Positions 18,870-30,771 of a DNA stretch of 41,088 nt are shown here, in pieces. A program made the translations under genes and the position numbers. Within the stretch, counting starts at the first letter, position 1; every line of letters begins with the position of its first letter. The notes under the pieces were generated by a model. The model made no database searches and was not told where the DNA came from. It saw nothing but the letters and a program-made list of their open reading frames with translations. The DNA is from an uncultured Gemmatimonadaceae bacterium (lineage in GTDB: Bacteria; Gemmatimonadota; Gemmatimonadetes; Longimicrobiales; RSA9): the NCBI GenBank assembly GCA_964465415.1, contig CAYXJH010000002.1:1-41088 (forward strand), given 5' to 3'.

Positions 18870-19858
18870 AAATACCGACGCCGTCCGTGGAGATCGTGTC
18901 GACCGGCCGCTGGCTGCCGGAGCGGGTGGTCACGAACATGGACCTGGAGAAGGAGCTGGACACCTCGGACGCGTGGATCCGGGAGCGAACCGGCATCCGA
19001 GAGCGGCGCCTGGCGGACACGGAGACCGGCGCGGCGGATATGGGTGCCGCCGCCTCTCGGATCGCGATGGAGCGGGCGGGGGTCCAGCCGGGCGAGATCG
19101 ATGTGATCGTGGTGTCCACCGCCACCCCGGACCGGCTCCTACCCTCCACGGCCTGCGACCTTCAGGCGATTCTCGGCGCAACGAACGCGGCGGCGTACGA
19201 TATCGCTGCGGCGTGCTCCGGGTTCATTTATGCGCTGAGCATCGTCGAAGGACACCTGGTGTCGGGACGCGCGGAGATCGCGCTGGTGGTGTCCACGGAG
19301 AAGATGAGCTCGATCGTGGACTGGGGTGACCGTTCCACGGCGGTGCTGTTCGGCGATGGCGCGGGGGCGGCGATCGTGAAGCGGTCGGACAACGGGCGCG
19401 GCCTGTTGTCCAGCTTCATGCGGTCCGACGGCACATTGGCGGAGCTCCTGTGGCGGCCCGCTGGCGGGGCGCGCGTGCCCATGGATCTGGCCGTGCTGGA
19501 CGAGCGCAACCACCTGGTCAAGATGGCGGGCCGTGAGGTGTTCAAGGCGGCGGTCCGGTCGATGGCTGAGGCGGCAGATCAGGCGCTCCTCCGGGCGGGG
19601 CTCACCGGAGAGGATATCGACTTGCTGATCCCGCACCAGGCGAACATGCGGATCATCGACGCCACCGCGAAGTACGCGGGCGTGCCCATGGAAAAGGTGT
19701 TCGTGAACGTGGATCGTTATGGCAACATGAGCTCCGCGACGATCCCCGTTGCCCTGGATGAGGCGCTCGAGACCGGGCGGATCCAAGAAGGGGACTACGT
19801 GTTGATGGTCGCGTTCGGGGCCGGGTTCACCTGGGCCGCGGCCGTGCTCCAGTGGTAG
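18866..19858 (+). CDS. fabH: 3-oxoacyl-ACP synthase III
   Basis: The ATG at 18866 overlaps the plsX TGA (ATGA). It has TSDAWIRERTGIRERR, the active-site AAACSGF, IPHQANMRII and YGNMSSATIP. Confidence 0.95.
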   Translation: MKIPTPSVEIVSTGRWLPERVVTNMDLEKELDTSDAWIRERTGIRERRLADTETGAADMGAAASRIAMERAGVQPGEIDVIVVSTATPDRLLPSTACDLQAILGATNAAAYDIAAACSGFIYALSIVEGHLVSGRAEIALVVSTEKMSSIVDWGDRSTAVLFGDGAGAAIVKRSDNGRGLLSSFMRSDGTLAELLWRPAGGARVPMDLAVLDERNHLVKMAGREVFKAAVRSMAEAADQALLRAGLTGEDIDLLIPHQANMRIIDATAKYAGVPMEKVFVNVDRYGNMSSATIPVALDEALETGRIQEGDYVLMVAFGAGFTWAAAVLQW

Positions 19859-20775
19859 GGTACCTGTTCCCCGGCCAGGGGGCACAGCATCTCGGCATGG
19901 GGCGCGACCTGGCCGAGGCTTTCCCGGCGGCCCGTGAGATCTTCGAGCGGGCGGACGACGCGCTGGGCGTGCACCTGAGCCGGATCATGTGGGAAGGTCC
20001 GGAGAGCGACCTGACCGCCACGCACAACGCGCAACCCGCCATCCTTACCCACTCCATGGCGGCGCGAGCCGCGGTGCTCGAAGCCCTGCCCCCGGCCCGT
20101 CTGGCAGCCGGCCATTCCCTTGGCGAGTTCAGCGCGCACGCCGCGGCCGGAACCCTGTCTTTCGAGGACGCGGTGCGGGCCGTGCGGCGGCGCGGCGAAT
20201 TGATGTTCCGATCAGGACAGGAGCGTCCTGGCACCATGGCCGCCATTCTCGGGCTCGACGATGAGGCCATCGAGACGGTATGCCGGCAGGCCGCCGAGGA
20301 CGGCGGAGATTGCGTTCCGGCGAACTTCAACGCGCCCGGCCAGGTGGTGATCAGCGGTGACGAGCCGGCCATCCAGCGTGCGCTGGTGCTGGCGAAGCAA
20401 GCCGGCGCGAAGCGGGCCCTTACGCTGAACGTGTCCGGCGCGTTCCATTCGCCTCTCATGGTAGTGGCTGAGGCCGGGCTGCGGGACCACCTGGACTCGG
20501 TACCGTTCGCGGCTGCGGCGATGCCGGTGGTCTCCAACGTGACGGCAGAGGCGGTGGACGACCCCGCCACGGCGCGCCGTCTGCTGGTGGAACAACTGAC
20601 CTCCCCCGTGCGCTGGACAGCCTCCATGCGTACCATGCTCGATGCGGGACTGACGCGGTTCATGGAGCTTGGGCCGGGGACCGTACTGGCAGGACTCATG
20701 AAACGGATCGAACGGGGTGCCGAGGTGGTCAGCATCGGGACAGCGCCCGATGCGGAATCCTTTCTCGCGGGCTGA
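19852..20775 (+). CDS. fabD: Malonyl CoA-ACP transacylase
   Basis: The GTG at 19852 overlaps the fabH 3' end by 7 nt. It has LFPGQGAQHLGMG, the nucleophile elbow GHSLGEFSA and NVSGAFHSPLM. Confidence 0.93.
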   Translation: MVGYLFPGQGAQHLGMGRDLAEAFPAAREIFERADDALGVHLSRIMWEGPESDLTATHNAQPAILTHSMAARAAVLEALPPARLAAGHSLGEFSAHAAAGTLSFEDAVRAVRRRGELMFRSGQERPGTMAAILGLDDEAIETVCRQAAEDGGDCVPANFNAPGQVVISGDEPAIQRALVLAKQAGAKRALTLNVSGAFHSPLMVVAEAGLRDHLDSVPFAAAAMPVVSNVTAEAVDDPATARRLLVEQLTSPVRWTASMRTMLDAGLTRFMELGPGTVLAGLMKRIERGAEVVSIGTAPDAESFLAG

Positions 20776-20778
20776 GCG

Positions 20779-21522
20779 ATGGCGGACCGAGTGCTGGACG
20801 GCCAGGTAGCCGTGGTGACGGGAGGGAGCCGGGGGATCGGGCGAGTTCTGGCTCGACGGCTGGCAGACGACGGGGCGCGGGTAGTGGTGACGGCCCGTTC
20901 GGCGGCGGGCGCCGAGGCGACCGTCGCGGAGCTTCCCGGGGATGGTCACCTGGGAGTGGCATGCAACGTGTCGGACCGCACGGCCGTGGACGCACTGGTG
21001 AAACGGGTGGAGAACGAGGTGGGGGCCATCGACATCCTGGTCAACAACGCCGGTGTGACGGCGGACAACGTGCTGGTCCGGCTTGGTGACGATGATTGGG
21101 ACCGGGTCCTGGATACGAATCTCAAGGGCGCGTTCCTCATGATTCGGGCTGCGACCCGGGGGATGATGAAGCGCCGATCCGGTCGGATCATCAACATGAC
21201 GAGCGTGGTCGGCTTGACCGGGAACCGCGGACAGGTAAACTACGCAGCATCCAAGGCCGGCCTGATCGGTCTGACCAAGTCGGTTGCCAAGGAGCTGGCG
21301 TCGCGGAACGTGCTGTGCAATGCGGTGGCGCCGGGCTTCATCGAGACCGACATGACGTCGGAGCTGACGGAGGAAGCGCGCGCGGCGCTGCAGCAACAGA
21401 TCGCGCTCGGCCGGCTTGGCTCACCGGAGGATGTGGCTGGAGTGGTGGCGTTTCTCGCGGGGCCCGATTCCGCGTACGTCACCGGGCAGGTGATCGTGGT
21501 GGATGGCGGGATGGTCATGTGA
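20779..21522 (+). CDS. fabG: 3-oxoacyl-ACP reductase
   Basis: SDR motifs are present: [13 protein letters not shown] and YAASKAG. It sits between fabD and acpP. Confidence 0.93.
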   Translation: MADRVLDGQVAVVTGGSRGIGRVLARRLADDGARVVVTARSAAGAEATVAELPGDGHLGVACNVSDRTAVDALVKRVENEVGAIDILVNNAGVTADNVLVRLGDDDWDRVLDTNLKGAFLMIRAATRGMMKRRSGRIINMTSVVGLTGNRGQVNYAASKAGLIGLTKSVAKELASRNVLCNAVAPGFIETDMTSELTEEARAALQQQIALGRLGSPEDVAGVVAFLAGPDSAYVTGQVIVVDGGMVM

Positions 21523-21545
21523 ATACACCAACCAGAGAGGACAGG

Positions 21546-21788
21546 ATGGCGGAGAACACGGAAGCGAGGGTCAGGGAGATCATCGTGAACGAGCTGGGCG
21601 TCGAGGCGGAGAAGGTGACGCCGCAAGCTTCGTTCGTCGAAGACCTCGGCGCGGACTCGCTCGATACGGTCGAGCTGGTCATGGCCTTCGAGGAGGAGTT
21701 CGGCATGGAGATCCCCGATGAGCACGCCGAGCAGCTCCAGACGGTGGGCGACGCCATCAAGTACATCGAGGAACATCAGGCCGGCTGA
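21546..21788 (+). CDS. acpP: Acyl carrier protein
   Basis: The 80-aa product has the phosphopantetheine site [20 protein letters not shown]. The ATG at 21546 is preceded by AGAGAGGA. Confidence 0.95.
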   Translation: MAENTEARVREIIVNELGVEAEKVTPQASFVEDLGADSLDTVELVMAFEEEFGMEIPDEHAEQLQTVGDAIKYIEEHQAG

Positions 21789-21800
21789 CGGCGGATCTCG

Positions 21801-23072
21801 ATGGAGACGCGCGCACGCAACGGTCGTCACCGGGTCGTGATCACGGGCCTCGGCCTGATCACGCCCGTGGGTAATGACGTGGACTCGTCGTGGACCGCGC
21901 TGCTGGCGGGTACCAGTGGCGCGGCGCCGATCACGCAGTTCGATGCCTCGGACCAGTTCACGGTCCGGTTCGCGTGCGAGGTAAAGGGCTTCGATCCGGA
22001 GCAGTACATGGACCGGAAGGAGACCCGGCGCACGGACCGGTTCGCCCAGTTCGCGATCGCGGTCGCGGAGCAGGCGATACAGCATGCCGGCCTCGGTGAA
22101 CGCCTGGAGCCGGCCAACTCCGAGCGGGTCGGGGTGCTGATCGGCAGCGGCATCGGCGGGATCGCCACGTTCGAAGAGCAAACCCGCCTCATGATCGAGC
22201 GCGGTCCCAGCCGCGTGAGTCCGTTCTTCGTTCCCATGTTCATCCCCGACATGGCGGCGGGCCTGATCTCCATGCGGTACGGAGCCAAGGGTCCGAACTA
22301 CGCCACCGTGTCGGCCTGCTCGTCGAGTGCGCACGCCCTCGGCAACTCGTTTCGCCTGATCCAGGGCGGCGAGGCCGACATGATGATCGCCGGCGGCACG
22401 GAGGCGACCGTCACGCCGCTGACCATAGCCGGCTTCGCGAACATGCGGGCCTTGTCGACCCGCAACGACTCCCCTGAAACCGCGAGCCGGCCGTTCGACG
22501 CGGAGCGGGATGGCTTCGTGCTCGGTGAGGGCGCGGGCGCGGTGGTGATGGAGTCGCTGGAGCATGCCACTCGCCGGGGCGCCAGCATCCTGGGCGAGAT
22601 GGTCGGATTCGGCCAGAGCGCGGATGCCCATCACATGACCGCGCCCGCGCCCGAGGGTGCCGGTGCACAGCTGGCCATGCGGGCGGCGCTCGAGGATGGG
22701 GAGCTCGACGTCGGTGAGATCGATTACATCAACGCCCACGGCACCTCGACGCCCGCGAACGACCTCAACGAGACGCTCGCCATCAAGGCGGTATTCGGTG
22801 ATGCGGCGCGCCGCACGGTGGTCGGGTCCACGAAGTCGATGACCGGACACCTCCTGGGAGCGGCCGGGGCAGTGGAGGGCATCATCTCGCTGATGGTGGC
22901 GAAGACCGGACAGATTCCTCCCACCATCAACTTCTCGACCCCGGATCCGGCGTGCGACCTGGACTACGCGCACAACGAGCGACGGGACAAGGACGTTAGG
23001 GCGGCCCTGACCAATTCGTTCGGGTTCGGCGGCCACAACGTGTGTCTGGCCATTCGCCGGTGGGAGGACTGA
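21801..23072 (+). CDS. fabF: 3-oxoacyl-ACP synthase II
   Basis: The Cys-His-His triad context is present: ATVSACSSSAHALG, INAHGTSTPAND and KSMTGHLLGAAG. The C-terminus has FGFGGHN. Confidence 0.95.
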   Translation: METRARNGRHRVVITGLGLITPVGNDVDSSWTALLAGTSGAAPITQFDASDQFTVRFACEVKGFDPEQYMDRKETRRTDRFAQFAIAVAEQAIQHAGLGERLEPANSERVGVLIGSGIGGIATFEEQTRLMIERGPSRVSPFFVPMFIPDMAAGLISMRYGAKGPNYATVSACSSSAHALGNSFRLIQGGEADMMIAGGTEATVTPLTIAGFANMRALSTRNDSPETASRPFDAERDGFVLGEGAGAVVMESLEHATRRGASILGEMVGFGQSADAHHMTAPAPEGAGAQLAMRAALEDGELDVGEIDYINAHGTSTPANDLNETLAIKAVFGDAARRTVVGSTKSMTGHLLGAAGAVEGIISLMVAKTGQIPPTINFSTPDPACDLDYAHNERRDKDVRAALTNSFGFGGHNVCLAIRRWED

Positions 23073-23107
23073 GACGGCGAACGGTGGTACGGGACACGCG
23101 GGGGGGA

Positions 23108-23139
23108 AACGGGAGTGATGCGGTCGCTCCCGTTTTTTT
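23108..23139 (+). terminator. Rho-independent terminator downstream of fabF
   Basis: The stem AACGGGAG (23108-23115) pairs with CTCCCGTT (23127-23134) across an 11-nt loop. It runs into a 7-T tract ending at 23139, 36 nt after the fabF stop. Confidence 0.75.
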
Positions 23140-23166
23140 CGTCATCGATCCGATCGAGGTTTCGGC

Positions 23167-23646
23167 ATGCGGGTAGGCATAGGATACGATTCGCACCGGT
23201 TCGCCGCGAAACGTCGGCTGGTCCTGGGCGGCGTCGTGATTCCCCACGAGCGGGGGCTCGCCGGCCATTCCGATGCGGACGCGGTTGCCCACGCGGTGAC
23301 GGACGCCATTCTCGGTGCTGCCTCACTGGGCGACATCGGTACCCATTTCCCGCCGGGCGACGCCACGTGGCGAGACGCGGACTCCATCGCCCTCCTGGCG
23401 ATGGCCGTGGGACGGATCGCGGAGGCAGGCTTCCGCCCGGTGAACGTGGACGTCACCGTGGTGTGCGAAGCGCCGGCGATCCGACCCCACGCGGCCGCGA
23501 TGCAGGCCCGCCTGGCCGACGTGCTGGGGCTGGATCCGAACGCCGTCTCGGTCAAAGGCAAGAGCAACGAGGGAATGGGCTGGATCGGACGTGGCGAGGG
23601 GATCGCGGTGCTGGCGGTGGCCGCGCTGGCCCCCGTCCTCGACTGA
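23167..23646 (+). CDS. ispF: 2-C-methyl-D-erythritol 2,4-cyclodiphosphate synthase
   Basis: The product begins MRVGIGYDSHRF and has GHSDADAVAHAVTDAILGA and GDIGTHFP. It is 159 aa. Confidence 0.95.
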   Translation: MRVGIGYDSHRFAAKRRLVLGGVVIPHERGLAGHSDADAVAHAVTDAILGAASLGDIGTHFPPGDATWRDADSIALLAMAVGRIAEAGFRPVNVDVTVVCEAPAIRPHAAAMQARLADVLGLDPNAVSVKGKSNEGMGWIGRGEGIAVLAVAALAPVLD

Positions 23647-23739
23647 CCGCCGCGTGGACGTGCCTCAGCAGGCCGCGCAGGCGCTCATCGCCGTGCGGTC
23701 GCACGGTGGTGGCGCAACCGGCACCCACGGGAGTCATAG

Positions 23740-24633
23740 GTGAGTTTCCATCTCGAGCCGTTCCAGGATCATCTCGCGTTCGAACGCGGGCTCAGTCCAC
23801 GGACGCTGGACGCGTACGCCCGGGACACGGCGCGCCTGCGTGACTTCCTGGCCGCCAGGGGCATCACAGCTCCAGACCAGGCGACGCCGCGGGATCTCCG
23901 GGAGTTCACCTATCACCTGCGGGAGCAGGGTCTGGCGGCCACATCGATCCGCCGGGCCCTTTCGGCCATCCGAACGTACTTCGGGTTCCTCCTGGGTGAG
24001 GGGTTGATCGAGGCGGATCCAAGCGAGGATCTGGACGCGCCCACGATCTGGCGCAGGCTGCCAGACGTCCTGACCGCCGGGGAGATGGAGCGGCTCCTGG
24101 CCGCGCCGGACATCGGCGATCGTCTGTATTGGCGCGATGTCGCGCTCCTGGAGTTCGCGTACGCGTCTGGCGTGCGTGTTAGTGAGCTGATCGAGCTCCG
24201 GACCCGGGACGTGGACGTGGACGAGCGGTTTGCGACGGTGCTGGGGAAGGGGTCGAAGGAGCGGCTGGTGCCCGTGGGTCGTGCGGCGGCCGAGGCGATC
24301 CGTACATACGTTCGAGAGCTCAGGCCGATCCTGGAAGGACGGCAGGGAAGGGCAGGGGGGGCCTTGTTCCTCAACGCTCGTGGAAGCCCTCTCACGCGCA
24401 TGGGCGTCTGGAAGATCCTCCAGAAGCATGTGGGCCGCGCGGGCATCGAGCGACGCGTCACCCCGCATACGCTGCGGCACACCTTCGCGACGCACCTCCT
24501 CGAGGGTGGCGCCGACCTGGCGTCGGTCCAGGAGATGCTCGGGCACGCGGACATCACGACCACGCAGATCTACACCCACGTCGACCGGGACTTTCTGCGC
24601 GACGTGCACCACCGCTATCATCCCCGCTCATGA
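23740..24633 (+). CDS. xerD: Tyrosine site-specific recombinase, XerD-like (XerC/XerD family)
   Basis: The GTG at 23740 has GGGAG 8 nt upstream. The N-terminal SAM-like domain has FERGLSPRTLDAYARD. The catalytic region has YASGVRVSELIEL, HTLRHTFATHLLEGGADL..VQEMLGHADITTTQIYTHV. The XerC versus XerD call is tentative. Confidence 0.85.
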   Translation: MSFHLEPFQDHLAFERGLSPRTLDAYARDTARLRDFLAARGITAPDQATPRDLREFTYHLREQGLAATSIRRALSAIRTYFGFLLGEGLIEADPSEDLDAPTIWRRLPDVLTAGEMERLLAAPDIGDRLYWRDVALLEFAYASGVRVSELIELRTRDVDVDERFATVLGKGSKERLVPVGRAAAEAIRTYVRELRPILEGRQGRAGGALFLNARGSPLTRMGVWKILQKHVGRAGIERRVTPHTLRHTFATHLLEGGADLASVQEMLGHADITTTQIYTHVDRDFLRDVHHRYHPRS

Positions 24634-25211
24634 TCCTGGTCATCGACAACTATGACTCGTTCACGTTCAACGTCGTACAGCAGTTGCGGAGGCTTGGCGC
24701 CGAAACCGAGGTCCGGCGGAACGATGGCGTGACTCTAGACGAGATCGCTGCCCTCGACCCCCGGGGCATCGTCCTTTCCCCCGGTCCGTGCGGGCCGACG
24801 GACGCCGGGATCAGCGTGGCGACGGTTCGCCGATTCGGGCCATCGACGCCGATCCTCGGGGTGTGCCTGGGCCACCAGGCGATCGGGGCGGCGTACGGCG
24901 GCCGGGTGGTCCGCGCCGGCCGGCCCATGCACGGCAAGGTTTCCGCGGTCGGGCACCGGGGTGAAGGCGTGTTCCGGAGCCTTCCGGCACCGACCCCCAT
25001 GACGCGGTATCACTCCCTGGTGCTCGAGCCCGATACGCTGCCGGCCGAGCTGGACGTCATTGCGTGGACGGCCGAGGCCGGCTGGGAGGATGAGATCCAG
25101 GGGATCCGTCACCGCATCCACCCGGTCTGGGGCGTGCAATTCCACCCGGAATCGGTGGCCAGTCCCCACGGCGATCAGCTCGTGGCAAACTTTCTGGAGC
25201 TCACACGGTGA
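24630..25211 (+). CDS. Class I glutamine amidotransferase, anthranilate/aminodeoxychorismate synthase component II (TrpG/PabA type)
   Basis: The ATG at 24630 overlaps the xerD TGA (ATGA). It has MILVIDNYDSFTFN, LSPGPCGP, the nucleophile GVCLGHQAIG and VQFHPES. Confidence 0.88.
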   Translation: MILVIDNYDSFTFNVVQQLRRLGAETEVRRNDGVTLDEIAALDPRGIVLSPGPCGPTDAGISVATVRRFGPSTPILGVCLGHQAIGAAYGGRVVRAGRPMHGKVSAVGHRGEGVFRSLPAPTPMTRYHSLVLEPDTLPAELDVIAWTAEAGWEDEIQGIRHRIHPVWGVQFHPESVASPHGDQLVANFLELTR

Positions 25212-26719
25212 CGGTCGGTTCACGGGCCCGGATCGCGGCGCTGGTGCTGGCGGCCGCGGCGGGACCGGGGTCCGTCCACCTGGGCGGCCAGGAGGTCGTC
25301 CTCGGCGGTGCCGGAGATGTAGGCCTGGACCGCCGGCTCAGCTCACTTCTGGACGGCGACCCCCTCATCGTGAGCCACAACAGTACGATCGCCCGGGAGG
25401 ACACGGTGCGTCGGTCGGTACTGGTGCTGGATGCGTCCCTCGTACACGAGGGCGTCATCCTGGGCGATTTGGTGCTCGTTGATGCAGGCGCCTTCATCCG
25501 ACCTGGATCCGTCGTGGCCGGTGACGTGGTCAACATCGCCGGCGGCCTCTACCGGTCCGAGCTGGCTGAGATCGGTGGCCGAACCATCGACCTCCCGACC
25601 GCGCCCTACCATGTGGTCCGGGAGCCGGACCGGCTCGTCATTCGCGGCTCGGCGGCCATCTCGCCCCTGCGGCTGGATGGGATCTTCGGGGTTCATGCCC
25701 CGTCCTACGATCGGGTCAACGGCGTGACGCTCGTGTGGGGCGCGACGTACGAGGTCCCGGTGCGCGGTCGGACGGTACCGGCGCTTCACGCGCAGGGCGG
25801 TTGGCAGACCCAGCGTGGGGATCCGACGTACGCGGTGGACTTCACGGTCCGACGCTCGGCCACCTCCTTTCAGGTCGGCCACGAACGGGCCTGGGACACC
25901 AACGAGCGCTGGATCCGCGGTGACTTGCTCAACTCGCTCGCCTACCTGTGGCACGGCGGCGATCTGCGGGACTACCACGAGGTCGACCGAAGCTGGGTAC
26001 AGGTCCGGAGAGCGTTCGCCGATCGCTCCCGGAGTCTCCGGGCAGCCATCGAGGTTCGCGGCCAGGTCGAGGATGCGACCAGCCTGGTAGCCGGAGCGCC
26101 CTGGTTCATCTGGGGGTCCGAGACGAGGCCGAATCCCGAGATCGATGGCGGCCGGACCACGAGCGTGATCACCGCGCTGGACCTGGGGTGGGAGGGAGAC
26201 CGGACGCGTTTCGACGGCCGCGTCGCTTACGAAGCCGCCCGGATGTGGCAAGGCGGCGAGTTCAGGTTCGACCGGATCCGTGGAGCCGGGGCCTGGGCGA
26301 TGCAGGCGTTCTCGAACCACTCGCTGGCCATCGACTTCTGGCTACAGACGCCGATCGGTGAGCACCCTCTCCCTCGGCAGCGCTGGAGCTTCGTGGGCGG
26401 CACGGGCACGCTACAGACCCTGCCGGTGGCTGAGCACCGGGGCGATCACGTGGCCTTCGTCGAGACGCGATACGTCATCCCCATGCCTGAGCGGCTGGCT
26501 CTCCCCCTCGTTGGGCGACCGCGGCTCAGCGTTGTCCACGCCGCTGGCATGGCATGGACGGTCGATTCCGACCGTCCATGGCACCAGGAGGTTGGCGCCC
26601 AGGTCGAGTTCCTCGGGCTGTTCGTTCGATACGTCGCCGTGCCGGACGATCTCGGGACGAGCGATCTCACTATCGGCATCTCGTCGCCGGTGGGACGGGC
26701 CTTCCCCTGGGAGCGTTGA
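25208..26719 (+). CDS. Uncharacterised secreted/envelope protein (503 aa)
   Basis: The GTG at 25208 overlaps the upstream TGA (GTGA). An Ala-rich hydrophobic N-terminus (RARIAALVLAAAAGPGS) is consistent with a signal peptide. Residues about 55-115 form a V/L-x-G-D beta-strand pattern (VLVLDASLVHEGVILGDLVLVDAGAFIRPGSVVAGDVVNIAGG) reminiscent of bactofilin-type beta-helices. The remainder is rich in Trp/Tyr/Arg with alternating polarity, as in beta-barrel proteins. The coding call rests on length, GC3 bias and tight operon packing. Confidence 0.6.
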   Translation: MTVGSRARIAALVLAAAAGPGSVHLGGQEVVLGGAGDVGLDRRLSSLLDGDPLIVSHNSTIAREDTVRRSVLVLDASLVHEGVILGDLVLVDAGAFIRPGSVVAGDVVNIAGGLYRSELAEIGGRTIDLPTAPYHVVREPDRLVIRGSAAISPLRLDGIFGVHAPSYDRVNGVTLVWGATYEVPVRGRTVPALHAQGGWQTQRGDPTYAVDFTVRRSATSFQVGHERAWDTNERWIRGDLLNSLAYLWHGGDLRDYHEVDRSWVQVRRAFADRSRSLRAAIEVRGQVEDATSLVAGAPWFIWGSETRPNPEIDGGRTTSVITALDLGWEGDRTRFDGRVAYEAARMWQGGEFRFDRIRGAGAWAMQAFSNHSLAIDFWLQTPIGEHPLPRQRWSFVGGTGTLQTLPVAEHRGDHVAFVETRYVIPMPERLALPLVGRPRLSVVHAAGMAWTVDSDRPWHQEVGAQVEFLGLFVRYVAVPDDLGTSDLTIGISSPVGRAFPWER

Positions 26720-26767
26720 CCGCCGGGAAACTCCCTGGCCGAAGCGGCCGGAACGGGGAGCGGTGGG

Positions 26768-29298
<2,531 letters not shown>

Positions 29299-29300
29299 AC

Positions 29301-30191
29301 GTGGTAAACCGGACGGCCGCGACGGACCCGCGCACCGCAGTGCGTCCGTTATTCGAGCGAGGCGGGCCGTTCTTCCTGATCGCGGGGCCCTGTGTCCTCG
29401 AAGGAGACGCCCTGAATCTGGCCATCGCCGAGGCGCTGGCCCGATTGTCGGAAGACCTGGACCTGCCGGTCATCTTCAAGGCGTCCTTCGATAAGGCGAA
29501 CCGGAGCCAGCCTTCCTCACCTCGGGGTCCGGGTATCGACGAGGGTCTGGAGAAGCTGGCACGCATCCGCGCCGAAACGGGCCTGCCCGTGCTGACGGAC
29601 ATCCACGAGCCGTCGCAGGCGGCGCCGGTGGCGGAGACGTGCGATGTCCTTCAGATCCCCGCTTTCCTGTGCCGTCAGACGGACCTCCTCCGGGCCGCCG
29701 GAGCCACCGGCCGACCGGTCAACATCAAGAAGGGCCAGTGGATGGCCCCCGAGGACATGGCGGGAGCCGCCCGCAAGGTCCGCGAGGCTTCACCGGCTGG
29801 CACCAGCGGCGTGAGCGGGGGGCTGGCGGTGACCGAGCGCGGCACGTTCTTCGGCTACGGTGACCTGGTCGTGGACATGCGTGCCTTCTTGCGCCTGCGC
29901 GCGAGCGTGGCAGCACCGATCGTGTTCGACGGAACCCATTCCGTCCAGCGACCGGGCATGGGTGCGGGCGTGAGCGGGGGCGAGCCGGAATTCATCGTGC
30001 CCCTCGTCCGGGCCGCCACGGTGGTCGGGGCGGACGGGCTCTTCCTGGAGGTCCATCCGAACCCGGCCGATGCGCCATCGGACAGCACCAATATGCTCAG
30101 GCTCGAGGCATTGCGACCCCTGCTGGAGGAGGTGGTGGCCCTCCGTACGCTCCTGGCCGGGAGCAAGGCCGAGCGGGACGCGGATGGCTGA
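29301..30191 (+). CDS. kdsA: 3-deoxy-8-phosphooctulonate (KDO-8-P) synthase
   Basis: The in-frame GTG at 29301 lies 2 nt after the pyrG stop. It has FFLIAGPCVLE, VIFKASFDKANRS, LTDIHE, LQIPAFLCRQTDLL and FDGTHSVQ. Confidence 0.9.
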   Translation: MVNRTAATDPRTAVRPLFERGGPFFLIAGPCVLEGDALNLAIAEALARLSEDLDLPVIFKASFDKANRSQPSSPRGPGIDEGLEKLARIRAETGLPVLTDIHEPSQAAPVAETCDVLQIPAFLCRQTDLLRAAGATGRPVNIKKGQWMAPEDMAGAARKVREASPAGTSGVSGGLAVTERGTFFGYGDLVVDMRAFLRLRASVAAPIVFDGTHSVQRPGMGAGVSGGEPEFIVPLVRAATVVGADGLFLEVHPNPADAPSDSTNMLRLEALRPLLEEVVALRTLLAGSKAERDADG

Positions 30192-30771
30192 CCGGATACC
30201 GCGTGACGTCGCCCGCCGGATCCGGGTCGTGATCCTGGACGTCGATGGCGTGCTCACGGACAATGCCGTGTATCTCGGTTCAGGGCCGGGCGATGCGCGG
30301 ATCGAGCTCAAGCGGTTCGACATCATGGACGGCCTCGGCATCAAGATGTTGCAGTGGGCCGGATTGCACGTCGTGCTCGTGAGCGGTCGGGAGTCGGAAG
30401 CCACCACCGTACGAGCGGCGGAGCTCGGCGTCGAGTGCAGGCAGGTGGCCGCCGGGTACAAGATCCCGGTCGTTCGGGCGATCATGGAAGAGGCCAGGGC
30501 CGAATGGGATGAGGTGGCCATGGTCGGTGACGACCTGGCCGACCTGCCGGTGATGGCCCACGTCGGGCTGGCGGTGGCGGTTCCGGACGCGGCACCCGAG
30601 ATCCGGGCCGAATCGGCGTGGGTGACCCGGAGGCCGGGCGGGCGCGGCGCCGTCCGCGATTTTGCCGAGGCCTTTCTCCAGGCGCGCGGTCAGTGGGCGG
30701 ACCTGGTGCGGGCCTATCGTCTTTCCCGGGAGGAGGGGGGCGACGTGGAGGACTACGTGGAACGGGGTTGA
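30184..30771 (+). CDS. kdsC: KDO-8-phosphate phosphatase (HAD superfamily)
   Basis: The ATG at 30184 overlaps the kdsA 3' end by 8 nt. It has the HAD motif I LDVDGVLTD, then FDIMDGLGIKML and GDDLADLPVM. Confidence 0.88.
   Translation: MADRIPRDVARRIRVVILDVDGVLTDNAVYLGSGPGDARIELKRFDIMDGLGIKMLQWAGLHVVLVSGRESEATTVRAAELGVECRQVAAGYKIPVVRAIMEEARAEWDEVAMVGDDLADLPVMAHVGLAVAVPDAAPEIRAESAWVTRRPGGRGAVRDFAEAFLQARGQWADLVRAYRLSREEGGDVEDYVERG

Noticed and set aside
23691-23707. Hairpin CCGTGC-ggtc-GCACGG in the ispF-xerD spacer.
   Set aside because: It has a 6-bp stem with no U-tract, which is insufficient for a terminator or riboswitch call.
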